DNA of 58,409 bases, taken from IMG/VR virus record IMGVR_UViG_3300029319_000050, positions 1 to 58,409 of that record; one strand, given 5' to 3'. The notes under the pieces are model-generated. The model worked only from the letters and a program-made list of their open reading frames with translations, was not told where the DNA came from and made no database searches. The translations under genes were made by a program, and so were the position numbers. Below, piece after piece: positions 9,515-17,421 of this stretch (positions are counted from its first letter, which is position 1; each line of letters begins with the position of its first letter). This stretch comes from a virus. Lineage: Duplodnaviria; Caudoviricetes.

Positions 9515-10188
9515 TAGTCTTTATTATATAAATTATCAAATGTTATGTTAGGATCCATATAACTATCATGTCCTTCAGCAGAATGGATATGTTGAGAAGG
9601 TGTAAAATCTGGAGCACCTTCTCCAGTAACCCAAAGTGCTGGGCTTGTTGCTCTAACTCGGTTATTCGGTAAAGCTACAAAATTACCAGTCCACTTACCT
9701 GCATCAGTCAAGTATAACACATGACTTTGTTTATGTTGTGCAGGATCATCAGCTATACTGTTTCCTGTATAATCTACAGTGAATAAATACCTACCAGTAA
9801 AAAATTCACCACCTATTTTACATTGCCAAGGGCTAGAACTTACTCGATCCATTACTACAACACTATGGTTACGTGATTCACAATCCCAAGGTTGAGCTAA
9901 ATGATCTTCCATAGGTTCGCCCCAATCTTCCAATGGTATATCAGCAATTAATGCTTGTATAGGCATACGTGCCCACATTGCTCCTCCATGCACACTTGAT
10001 TCTTGATCATCTAATTCTATTTCACAGCCTGTAAAAACAACTTGAAAAGATAATGATCTATCTGGAATAGTATTTACAGCTATAGCAAGGGCATGAAGGT
10101 ATTCTCCATGATAGTCTTGATGATTAGCTGTAAATTCCTTTCGCACCCAGCATTTAAAATGCGGGATGTTAGAAATTAAATAAGACAC
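9514..10188 (-). CDS. Conserved hypothetical phage protein
   Basis: 224-aa ORF (GTG start) with HGGAMWARMPIQAL and YLFTVDY...QHKQSH motifs; function unknown. Confidence 0.75.
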   Translation of the reverse strand: MSYLISNIPHFKCWVRKEFTANHQDYHGEYLHALAIAVNTIPDRSLSFQVVFTGCEIELDDQESSVHGGAMWARMPIQALIADIPLEDWGEPMEDHLAQPWDCESRNHSVVVMDRVSSSPWQCKIGGEFFTGRYLFTVDYTGNSIADDPAQHKQSHVLYLTDAGKWTGNFVALPNNRVRATSPALWVTGEGAPDFTPSQHIHSAEGHDSYMDPNITFDNLYNKD

Positions 10189-10191
10189 TTT

Positions 10192-10302
10192 CTATCTTTT
10201 TTTCTTGCGTCCCATTTTCTTTTTGACACCACCTCGTGATCTCATTTTAGATTTTTTCTTTACTCCGCCACCAGCACGGTACTTAGGCATTTTCTTTGCC
10301 AT
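10192..10302 (-). CDS. 36-aa Lys/Arg-rich peptide (not in the ORF track)
   Basis: AGGAG RBS; MAKKMPKYRAGGGVKKKSKMRSRGGVKKKMGRKKKR; fills the gap between genes. Confidence 0.75.
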   Translation of the reverse strand: MAKKMPKYRAGGGVKKKSKMRSRGGVKKKMGRKKKR

Positions 10303-10310
10303 AATTACTC

Positions 10311-11831
10311 CTAATAATATACTTTATTAAAATACGATGGTTCGTCATCGAACTCATCGCTCCAATCGTTACTTAATCTAAGGAATCCTCCTTGCCTAAA
10401 TCTCATTAAGGCTTGAGTCATACTATCAACTAAGTCGTCATGCTCTCCGTTAGGAAAGTCGTTCACTTCTTCTACAAGTTCTTCAGCCCAATTCGTTTGG
10501 GGCACCCAAACTTTACCGTCAGCTAAAATTGAACTTATTGAGTTCACACGAGCTACTTTATCCTGTCCTCTGCTTGGAGTAAAGTTAAATATAGGTATCC
10601 CTACCGCTCTTAATTCTTGTGTTAATGGTAAGCCACTAGCTTTCGCTTCAATAATAACAGAATCAGGTTGCCATTGTTTATAATATTTTATTGCAGCTTC
10701 TTTTAATTCAGGGAAATCAAACCGATCATGAAGGACATCTAATAAAATAATATGAGCTTGTTTTCCATCGTAATATTCTTCACCTATTTTACCACTAGGG
10801 TAAAAAATCCCCCATGTAGTAACCGCTGTATAGTCAGCCGATTCTTTCTTTAAAAATGCAGTATCAAAAGATTGAATAATATATTCACAATAAGGCGGAT
10901 TATCATCTTCCCAAGTATTAAACCATTCTTTAGGGATAATTGCCATTTCCCCACCAGTAGGTTGTTGCATATAATTAGCAAACCATTTAGAAGGTGAAAT
11001 ACTAGCTTTTACTTTTTCTAATTCATCTAACGACCAAAAATTACTCCAAAGCGGATTACCGCTAGGTAAAATAGCAGGGAACTCAATTATTTCCCACTGG
11101 TCAGCGTTTTCATCGGTAGCCATCTTTTTAATTAATTTACCTGTTAAATCACGTTTCGACCACCTAGTCATAACGATAATAATCGCACCTCCTGGCTGTA
11201 ACCTTTGTCGTGGACCTGTCATAAACCATTCGTAAGTATCGTCTAAAGCTTTTTCCGACATTGCATCTTGTTCAGAATGTGGGTCATCAATAATAAATAA
11301 ATCCGCACCACGACCTGCAAGTGCACCTCCAACACCAGCAGCAAAGTATTCCCCACCTTTCGATGTATTCCATTTACCTGCTGATTTAGAATCTGCTTTT
11401 AGAGATGTTTCTGGAAAGAGTTCTTGATATTCTTCACTATCAATTAAATCCCTTATTTTTCTACCAAAATTAACTGCAAGGTCAGCGGTATGGGTTGCTT
11501 GAATAATTTTTAAATCAGGTTTTTTACCTAATAAATATGCAGGAAAATAATGAGAAGCGAACTCTGATTTAGTATGACGTGGTGCCATATTAACGATAAC
11601 ACGTTTAGTTTTACCTTCCGCTATATCATCAAAAACTTTTGCCATCTTTTTATGGTGTTCCCCTTCGATAAAGGTATCCCATAAAGTTTTTACAAAGGTT
11701 AAAAAATTAGAAGTTGCAGCATCACGTTGATTACGTTTTTGTAATTCTTCTAATAAAAGTAAATATTCTTTAGCCTCGTTTTCGCTTAGATACGAAAGGT
11801 CTATATTTTGAAGTTGCTCTAATTGAGCCAT
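10311..11831 (-). CDS. terL: Terminase large subunit
   Basis: Walker A-like MAPRHTKS, Walker B IIDDP, coupling motif MTRW, nuclease SFDTA...IEAKASG...HDDLVDS. Confidence 0.95.
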   Translation of the reverse strand: MAQLEQLQNIDLSYLSENEAKEYLLLLEELQKRNQRDAATSNFLTFVKTLWDTFIEGEHHKKMAKVFDDIAEGKTKRVIVNMAPRHTKSEFASHYFPAYLLGKKPDLKIIQATHTADLAVNFGRKIRDLIDSEEYQELFPETSLKADSKSAGKWNTSKGGEYFAAGVGGALAGRGADLFIIDDPHSEQDAMSEKALDDTYEWFMTGPRQRLQPGGAIIIVMTRWSKRDLTGKLIKKMATDENADQWEIIEFPAILPSGNPLWSNFWSLDELEKVKASISPSKWFANYMQQPTGGEMAIIPKEWFNTWEDDNPPYCEYIIQSFDTAFLKKESADYTAVTTWGIFYPSGKIGEEYYDGKQAHIILLDVLHDRFDFPELKEAAIKYYKQWQPDSVIIEAKASGLPLTQELRAVGIPIFNFTPSRGQDKVARVNSISSILADGKVWVPQTNWAEELVEEVNDFPNGEHDDLVDSMTQALMRFRQGGFLRLSNDWSDEFDDEPSYFNKVYY

Positions 11832-11836
11832 TGCGT

Positions 11837-12607
11837 TTATTTATTACGAATATTTTTTAAAGCGTCGATTAAACCGCCAGTAGATAATTCACTTTTAGCC
11901 ATAAATCTTTTACCTACTTCTTCTGCAGCATCTACTTTTCGAATATCCCCCATATTTCCTAAAGCTTTTTCAGCTGATTTTATTTGTCTTTCGATATTCA
12001 TTAATTCATCGTTTCTTCTGGAAGCTTTATATGCAGTATCCATAACTCTTTGTCTTTGTACTAAATCAAAGTCGTCGGCATTAATTCTTGTAAATAAATT
12101 ATCAGAATCAACTTTACCTTTAGAAGGACCCATGATAGATTTTAAGGCTCGCATACTATCGTCTACCATTTGCATATATAAACTACGTCTATCGTATAAA
12201 TCTTGTAAAAATTTAGGTGCGTTAGCAATTTGTTTAGCTCCTTGAACACCCCTACCTACTGGTGTAAATGTAGCCATAGACATTAATAATTCTTCTATCC
12301 CACCAGAAGACGGAGAACGTTCTTCTAATGCATCTAAAAATCTCATTTTTTCAGCTTCCGACATCGCTTCCTCTTTAGTCATTGGCTTTGGACGTAAAAC
12401 GTTATCAGTAATTTGTTCTAAACGGTTAGCGGTCTTCGGTGCTTTTTGAATAACTTTTCTTAATTGATCGTCAGAAAGCTCACGTGGTTCGTAGCCACGT
12501 GATTTAAGTTCTTCAGTAATAAGTTCAGTCATTTTTTTAGTATTAGCAAATAACTGTTGACTATCTAACATGTTGGGGAGATCTGAATTTCTTGTGCTTT
12601 CTGACAT
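11837..12607 (-). CDS. Hypothetical protein (possible internal virion protein)
   Basis: 256-aa helical ORF upstream of terL; C-terminal ELSTGGLI motif. Confidence 0.65.
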   Translation of the reverse strand: MSESTRNSDLPNMLDSQQLFANTKKMTELITEELKSRGYEPRELSDDQLRKVIQKAPKTANRLEQITDNVLRPKPMTKEEAMSEAEKMRFLDALEERSPSSGGIEELLMSMATFTPVGRGVQGAKQIANAPKFLQDLYDRRSLYMQMVDDSMRALKSIMGPSKGKVDSDNLFTRINADDFDLVQRQRVMDTAYKASRRNDELMNIERQIKSAEKALGNMGDIRKVDAAEEVGKRFMAKSELSTGGLIDALKNIRNK

Positions 12608-12621
12608 AAAATGATTATATA

Positions 12622-12885
12622 TTAATTTGCTTCAATAAGTAAATATATAACACCAGCAATAAATAAACCAACGAAGATCCAGTCAGCCACGGATAGTGGT
12701 TGTGGAGTAGGGTCTATTTTTGGTTTTTTACGAGTAGCAGGTTTTTTCGCAGCTTTTTTGATGGTAACTTTAGTTGTTTCATAAGCTTCATTTATATCAG
12801 GGGTTGCAGGGTTATCAGCCTTGTACCTTCCTTTAGCAGTCCTTGCTCTTTTTCTGGTTGTCGTTTTCTTCTTTACTTTTGCCAT
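12622..12885 (-). CDS. Basic protein with a C-terminal transmembrane helix
   Basis: RARTAKGRYKADNPATPDINEAY motif; TM WIFVGLFIAGVIYLLI; GAGGAG RBS. Confidence 0.75.
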   Translation of the reverse strand: MAKVKKKTTTRKRARTAKGRYKADNPATPDINEAYETTKVTIKKAAKKPATRKKPKIDPTPQPLSVADWIFVGLFIAGVIYLLIEAN

Positions 12886-12990
12886 AATTACTCCTCAAGT
12901 TTTTTATGATGATGATTTGATTATATTCCAAAAGTGTATATAGGCAAAATTTTTATTTGTAAAGTTACTAGCGTTGAGTCCGCCCATTAA

Positions 12991-13060
12991 GGGAGGGTGG
13001 GTGGGACGCCGTTAGCGTAAATTTAAGGGGGGTAGGGGGGTATATAAGCTTATATATAAG
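12991..13060. other. G-tract cluster plus 16-bp palindrome; candidate genome-end/packaging element
   Basis: GGGAGGGTGGGTGGG, GGGGGGTAGGGGGG and the perfect palindrome TATATAAGCTTATATA (13041-13056) between terS and terL. Confidence 0.5.
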
Positions 13061-13096
13061 TAGGTAGTTTAGTTAAGATACTGTTTGTTCAGGCAT

Positions 13097-13120
13097 AAAA
13101 AAAGGGGCGTTATGCCCCTT
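13097..13120 (-). terminator. Intrinsic terminator
   Basis: Minus strand AAGGGGCATAACGCCCCTTTTTTT, just after the 13140-13493 gene. Confidence 0.85.
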
Positions 13121-13139
13121 ATTAGTTAAGCGTTTACGC

Positions 13140-13493
13140 TTAGACTACTTTAACAACTCCTAAATCAACTAAAGCAGGTCTATAGTAATTAAGAACTTTA
13201 GCCTCAGTTTGCGTTGTTTGAAAGTCCTCTGACGCTTTCATAGCTTCAAGCAATGTTTCAGCTTCAATTACGTTAGTAGTAGAGTTAGCGTTTGCAATCT
13301 CTACCATACAATTAATAATAGCTATTACTTGACTACTTTTGCCTGTATACGCTTGAGAATCTAAAAGCTCTAAAGCTTTAGTAGCTCCCCCACCTTTAAA
13401 ACGTGTTTGCGATAGTTTAGCAAATTTAGCTTTTTTATTATCAACTGCCTCAACAGCTTGTTTAACAGTTTGCGTTTTATTTTCTTTTTTCAT
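13140..13493 (-). CDS. Winged-helix-like DNA-binding protein, paralog 1
   Basis: Shares Q..I..A...F.TTQ...KV..YY.P.L.D.G.V with 13831-14112 and 23069-23413; has its own promoter, RBS and terminator. Confidence 0.65.
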   Translation of the reverse strand: MKKENKTQTVKQAVEAVDNKKAKFAKLSQTRFKGGGATKALELLDSQAYTGKSSQVIAIINCMVEIANANSTTNVIEAETLLEAMKASEDFQTTQTEAKVLNYYRPALVDLGVVKVV

Positions 13494-13531
13494 AATTTTT
13501 CTCCTATATGTTTATGTTTAAAAGATAACTT

Positions 13532-13563
13532 ATTATAAGCGTAAACGCTTAATAAATACAAGC
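13532..13563 (-). promoter_or_regulatory. Sigma70-like promoter
   Basis: Minus strand GC-TTGTAT-N18-TATAAT, overlapped by AAGCGTAAACGCTT. Confidence 0.55.
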
Positions 13564-13616
13564 GTTTAAGCGTAAATAATATAATTAATTTAAGCGACGA
13601 TTTTTTAAAAATTTAC

Positions 13617-13679
13617 GACGAGCGACGAGCGACGAACCACGAGTGACGACTGACGACTGACGACTGACGAGCCACGATT
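13617..13679. repeat. Heptamer tandem array A, 9 x (G/C)ACGA(GC/CT/AC/GT/TT)
   Basis: GACGAGC GACGAGC GACGAAC CACGAGT GACGACT GACGACT GACGACT GACGAGC CACGATT. Confidence 0.95.
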
Positions 13680-13686
13680 ATATAAG

Positions 13687-13796
13687 ATTGGATATTGGAT
13701 ATTGGATATTGGATATTGGATATTGGTTAATTGGATTGGACGACCGACGATTGGATGATTGGATGATTGGATGATTGGATTGGAGATTGGATTGGG
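13687..13796. repeat. ATTGG array (15 copies; includes 5 x ATTGGAT and 3 x ATTGGATG)
   Basis: Read directly from the sequence. Confidence 0.95.
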
Positions 13797-13797
13797 C

Positions 13798-13823
13798 AAA
13801 AAAATGCCCACCGAAGTGGGCAC
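13798..13823 (-). terminator. Intrinsic terminator
   Basis: Minus strand TGCCCAC-TTCG-GTGGGCA-TTTTTTT. Confidence 0.9.
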
Positions 13824-13830
13824 TTAGCAA

Positions 13831-14112
13831 CTAAGCTACAAGCTCGATTAAGCCACGCTCCGCCATGTCTGGTGTGTAATATCTAATTACCTTAATGACA
13901 GGCTGGATGGTTTTAAAATCATCGACTCCTTTTAAGAACTCGGCAACTTTTTCAACTGATGCTAATCCAGTCTTATCAGCGCACTGGCTGATCGCCCAAA
14001 GGACAAACATCGCTTGCGGTGCCATCTTTGGGATGTCATCGCAAAGCAGTTTAAAGGCAGTCACCCCTCGAGTAGATCTCACGGTGACGTTTGGTTTTTC
14101 GAATTTTTTCAT
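13831..14112 (-). CDS. Winged-helix-like DNA-binding protein, paralog 2
   Basis: APQAMFVLWAI...FKTIQPVIKVIRYYTPDMAERGLIELV; AGAAAGGAGA RBS. Confidence 0.65.
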   Translation of the reverse strand: MKKFEKPNVTVRSTRGVTAFKLLCDDIPKMAPQAMFVLWAISQCADKTGLASVEKVAEFLKGVDDFKTIQPVIKVIRYYTPDMAERGLIELVA

Positions 14113-14172
14113 ATTTTTCTCCTTTCTAAAATTCGTTAATTGTTAAATTACCTATTAACTTAACTATATACA

Positions 14173-14201
14173 ATATTGCCAGATAACTATTAAAAAGTAA
14201 A
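14173..14201 (-). promoter_or_regulatory. Early sigma70-like promoter
   Basis: TTTACT-N17-CAATAT on the minus strand. Confidence 0.6.
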
Positions 14202-14254
14202 GAACTTTTTTATCTAATTTATCCGTGCTCTTTTATCGTAAATGGCTGTGCTGC

Positions 14255-14303
14255 GACGACTGACGACTGACGAACCACGAGCGACGAGCGACGACTGACG
14301 AAC
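14255..14303. repeat. Heptamer tandem array B, 7 x (G/C)ACGA(CT/AC/GC)
   Basis: GACGACT GACGACT GACGAAC CACGAGC GACGAGC GACGACT GACGAAC; same unit set as array A. Confidence 0.95.
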
Positions 14304-14315
14304 CAGGGACTGTGG

Positions 14316-14861
14316 TTATTGGTCTTTGGATTGGTCGATTGGTTGGATAACTTGGGCTTCTATGATTTTTGGAAAGTTGGCTTGGATTAATTGCTCAAGA
14401 CGTTGGATTATTTCTTCTTTGGGCATAGATTGGATCTGTTGTTGGATTACCTCACGACGATCCACGTACAGACCACCTGCCTTACCACGATGGACCTCTG
14501 CAGTAATGGCAGCAGACAGTTGACCAGTGTCTTTGGCTTCTTCCCTTAGGTCGTAAAGAGCTGAAAGATGCGAATCCATGTTTACCTGAGACCTCTCTTG
14601 CAACTTAATCGATTGGTCTATAAGGTGGTTTCGGACTACTGGGTTGTGATTTAGTAACACGCTCCCTTGTCGTTTAGCTGCATTACGGTTTTTGGTATAG
14701 CCTGCTTTAATCGCTGCTTGGGTAGCACTTTCGCCTTTTAAATACTCCCTAATAAATCGTTTTTGTTTAGAGTTTAACGGTTGCCAAATCTTACCATCGG
14801 AATCTACCATACCTTTTCCATCATCAGTTGGTTCTAAATGTGTATACTCTAAATCTTTCAT
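14316..14861 (-). CDS. terS: Terminase small subunit
   Basis: HTH LNSKQKRFIREYLKGESATQAAIKAGY...AAKRQGSVLL and LREEAKDTGQLSAAITAEVHRGKAGGLY; start is either ATG 14861 or TTG 14885. Confidence 0.85.
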   Translation of the reverse strand: MKDLEYTHLEPTDDGKGMVDSDGKIWQPLNSKQKRFIREYLKGESATQAAIKAGYTKNRNAAKRQGSVLLNHNPVVRNHLIDQSIKLQERSQVNMDSHLSALYDLREEAKDTGQLSAAITAEVHRGKAGGLYVDRREVIQQQIQSMPKEEIIQRLEQLIQANFPKIIEAQVIQPIDQSKDQ

Positions 14862-14978
14862 AGGCTGTAACCCCAGTTGCTCCAATATATATCTCTAATT
14901 CTAAAATAAAATAATAAAAAGAAAAAACTTTTCCTTTCTGTTTAGTATAGTATGCCACATCGGTTGGCTCACAACTCT

Positions 14979-15078
14979 AAAAAAGTAATAGGTTCGTTAA
15001 AAACTAATAGATTTAAGAAAAAGTAATAGACTAAAAAACCTTATAACCAAGAGACTTTGAAGAAGAATCTATTACTTT
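14979..15078. repeat. Iteron-like repeats in an AT-rich intergenic region (candidate origin/operator)
   Basis: AAA(G/C)TAATAG three times with TAATAG at 14986, 15005 and 15024 (19-bp period), plus inverted copy CTATTACTTT at 15069. Confidence 0.55.
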
Positions 15079-15183
15079 ATTGAAGATATTAGCTGTTTTA
15101 AGAATTTTTTTACAAAAATAAAATATTTTAGAAATAACTATATAACACTAATAAATTAATAGATAAACGATTGGTACAGGCAT

Positions 15184-15209
15184 AAAAAAGCCCCGACAAT
15201 CGAGGCTTT
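15184..15209 (-). terminator. Intrinsic terminator
   Basis: AAAGCCTCG-loop-CGGGGCTTTTTT on the minus strand. Confidence 0.85.
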
Positions 15210-15214
15210 ACAAA

Positions 15215-15904
15215 TTACCAAGGACGGAATATTAATTTACCCAGACTAACACGAGACATCAAATCTTCAAATGCTCTATTTAAATCTTCGTCAAAACTAA
15301 TTCTTCCTAATGAAGCAGTGGTACATTGGTCATGTCCCTCGAATATTAAACTAACAACTTGGTCATCATGCTCCATACGCTTTTTATACTCCTCTTTGGT
15401 AGACTCAGTAAAGTCGAAAAATTGTTTAACTACCCATTTCAACTTACTATTAATCTTTAAATGTTTAGTTGTACAAAATAAAGCATAACTACCCATCGTC
15501 TCTCCTTCTTGGAAATCGACTAAATATATACCGTCGCCACTCATAGCTTCTACACGGTCTTCTAAACCGTGATCGTATATATTTAAACCAAAATCGTGAT
15601 CCATAGGTCTTTTACTGTTTAATGCATATAATCTATAAGCGTTACGTTGGAAACGGTCGAAACAAAATCGAAAATTGGGTTTAATCGATAATTTACCAGT
15701 CTCGTAGTCAACCCCCTCGTGCTGTCTATAATCTACATCGATATCTAAGTTTCGGTCAATCAAGTCAGTTAACTCATACATCTTTATTTTTATAAACTCG
15801 TCACTGCCATAATCATGCATCTTATAACTATGTTCTAATAACCCTTGGGTTATCGTTACTTTTTGGTTAATTAAGTCAACCAATCTTTTTTTAGTATTTT
15901 CCAT
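15215..15904 (-). CDS. Early hypothetical protein
   Basis: 229-aa ORF with AGGAGG RBS, its own promoter and terminator. Confidence 0.8.
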   Translation of the reverse strand: MENTKKRLVDLINQKVTITQGLLEHSYKMHDYGSDEFIKIKMYELTDLIDRNLDIDVDYRQHEGVDYETGKLSIKPNFRFCFDRFQRNAYRLYALNSKRPMDHDFGLNIYDHGLEDRVEAMSGDGIYLVDFQEGETMGSYALFCTTKHLKINSKLKWVVKQFFDFTESTKEEYKKRMEHDDQVVSLIFEGHDQCTTASLGRISFDEDLNRAFEDLMSRVSLGKLIFRPW

Positions 15905-15951
15905 AATCTTTTTCCTCCTAAATGTTAAAAATTATATTTACTAATAATATT

Positions 15952-15991
15952 ATTATACTAGCGAGGCTGAGCGAAAAAAGCCATTTACCAG
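15952..15991 (-). promoter_or_regulatory. Early promoter family member
   Basis: CTGGTAAATGGC-TTTTTT-N16-TATAAT. Confidence 0.55.
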
Positions 15992-16003
15992 TGCCCCATT
16001 TAT

Positions 16004-16029
16004 AAAAAAAGCCCCATAATAGAGGCTTT
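16004..16029 (-). terminator. Intrinsic terminator
   Basis: AAAGCCTC-loop-GGGGCTTTTTTT; same stem as at 15184 and 22004. Confidence 0.85.
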
Positions 16030-16120
16030 CCATAAAAGAATTTTTACATTGGTGGATCATCATCATAGAAAATAGACCACAGTAAAAAACTAGCGATTAT
16101 TAATAAAACGATATCAAACA

Positions 16121-16462
16121 TTAGAAATCAGCTGCTTCGAAATAATCATCTATCTTTGGATATTGGTTATTAAAATCGGCTACCGTAGTTCTATCTTCGA
16201 TAGCTTCCGCTCCTTTAACAATATCTTGGATATTAACTGATTCATTCCACTCAGGCTCTAAATTTTCGATCCTGCGTTGGTCAAGTAGTATTGCTAATGG
16301 TGTAATATTACCGTTGTTTTCTTTCAAACATAAAACCGTGCAATATTCACCTGCTGTATTTTCACGTGTCCTTTCTTTTGCGACCATCAAAGTTAATCCG
16401 TCAGGAAACTTTTTAATCAGTTGGATCTTTTCATAGACCTTTTGTAAAGTTGGCTTTGCCAT
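16121..16462 (-). CDS. Early hypothetical protein
   Basis: ORF with GAAAGGAGA RBS. Confidence 0.8.
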   Translation of the reverse strand: MAKPTLQKVYEKIQLIKKFPDGLTLMVAKERTRENTAGEYCTVLCLKENNGNITPLAILLDQRRIENLEPEWNESVNIQDIVKGAEAIEDRTTVADFNNQYPKIDDYFEAADF

Positions 16463-16476
16463 AATTTTCTCCTTTC

Positions 16477-16770
16477 TTAAAACATTTCTAAAATGCCATC
16501 ACCTAAATAATGGTAATTAGCTTTCGTGGTTACGTTAGTAGCTGTTATATCGCAACCTTCCCAATTAAGTAATATCGGATCATCCGTTAAGCTATCAACT
16601 GGATAACCATTATTAAAATCAAGTAATCCTAGTTGCTTATCAATCACGTTATACCATAACTCACCGTAAAGTTGTTCTACTTTTTGGAAATCTTTTAAAG
16701 TACCTTTAAACATCAATATGTAGATTTCTTTTGGTTTAGACTCTACATAAAAATCGTATATTGTATCCAT
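16477..16770 (-). CDS. Early hypothetical protein
   Basis: ORF packed in an operon. Confidence 0.7.
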   Translation of the reverse strand: MDTIYDFYVESKPKEIYILMFKGTLKDFQKVEQLYGELWYNVIDKQLGLLDFNNGYPVDSLTDDPILLNWEGCDITATNVTTKANYHYLGDGILEMF

Positions 16771-16773
16771 AAG

Positions 16774-17079
16774 TCAGTTGTTGCTTACTAATACTGGCAT
16801 TCGTAGACTAAATCCCGTGCCGCCTTCATACTCAAAATGTATAAAGTTGTAGTCTTCATTCGTTTCTACATGAACAATAACATTACTCGGCTCGGTAACT
16901 CGACCTAACTGCATATCGTCTGCATGAACAACCTCTTGTTTGAAACTACCTAAATCTTTCGAATATATAATTTCGCTAAAGTGGTCTGTTGGATCATAGA
17001 GATCTTCCACTCGTTGCGGACTATCGCCAGTAGAGATTTCTATATTTTGGCAACCTGTTTTTATAAATAGTTCTTTCAT
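16774..17079 (-). CDS. Early hypothetical protein
   Basis: ORF with AAGGAGA RBS. Confidence 0.75.
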   Translation of the reverse strand: MKELFIKTGCQNIEISTGDSPQRVEDLYDPTDHFSEIIYSKDLGSFKQEVVHADDMQLGRVTEPSNVIVHVETNEDYNFIHFEYEGGTGFSLRMPVLVSNN

Positions 17080-17103
17080 ATTAATTCTCCTTAATTAGGA
17101 GCC

Positions 17104-17337
17104 TCAAAGGACTCCAAACCTCCCTGTCTGTTTAGCCTCGTCTACGATACTTTGGACTTGCTCGTCTGTTGGTGGCGTCCAATGTATTGTATCAGGTATT
17201 TGTTTAAGTGCATGACCTAGCCTTGCTAGTGACTCAGTAGCCTCTTTAGTGCGGTCTACTCTGCTACATAATGCCCATATACCGATGAAATGTTCTATTA
17301 CTTCGGCTAATGGTTTATTAGATATTTCGTTCTTCAT
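17104..17337 (-). CDS. Early hypothetical protein
   Basis: ORF with AAGGAGG RBS behind a promoter. Confidence 0.75.
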   Translation of the reverse strand: MKNEISNKPLAEVIEHFIGIWALCSRVDRTKEATESLARLGHALKQIPDTIHWTPPTDEQVQSIVDEAKQTGRFGVL

Positions 17338-17378
17338 AATTTCCTCCTTTGAAATATAAACGATTTTTAACTATAAAT

Positions 17379-17419
17379 AGTATAGTAAACAGGTATTAGA
17401 ATATAAAGCCATTTACCAG
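17379..17419 (-). promoter_or_regulatory. Early promoter family member
   Basis: CTGGTAAATGGC-TTTATA-N17-TATACT. Confidence 0.65.
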
Positions 17420-17421
17420 TA

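Noticed and set aside
13605-13823. 72-aa ORF (MPTSVGIF...)
   Set aside because: It is a translation of the repeat arrays, starts inside a terminator and has no RBS
13617-14303. CRISPR-like array
   Set aside because: Units are 5-8 bp with no unique spacers, and there are no cas genes
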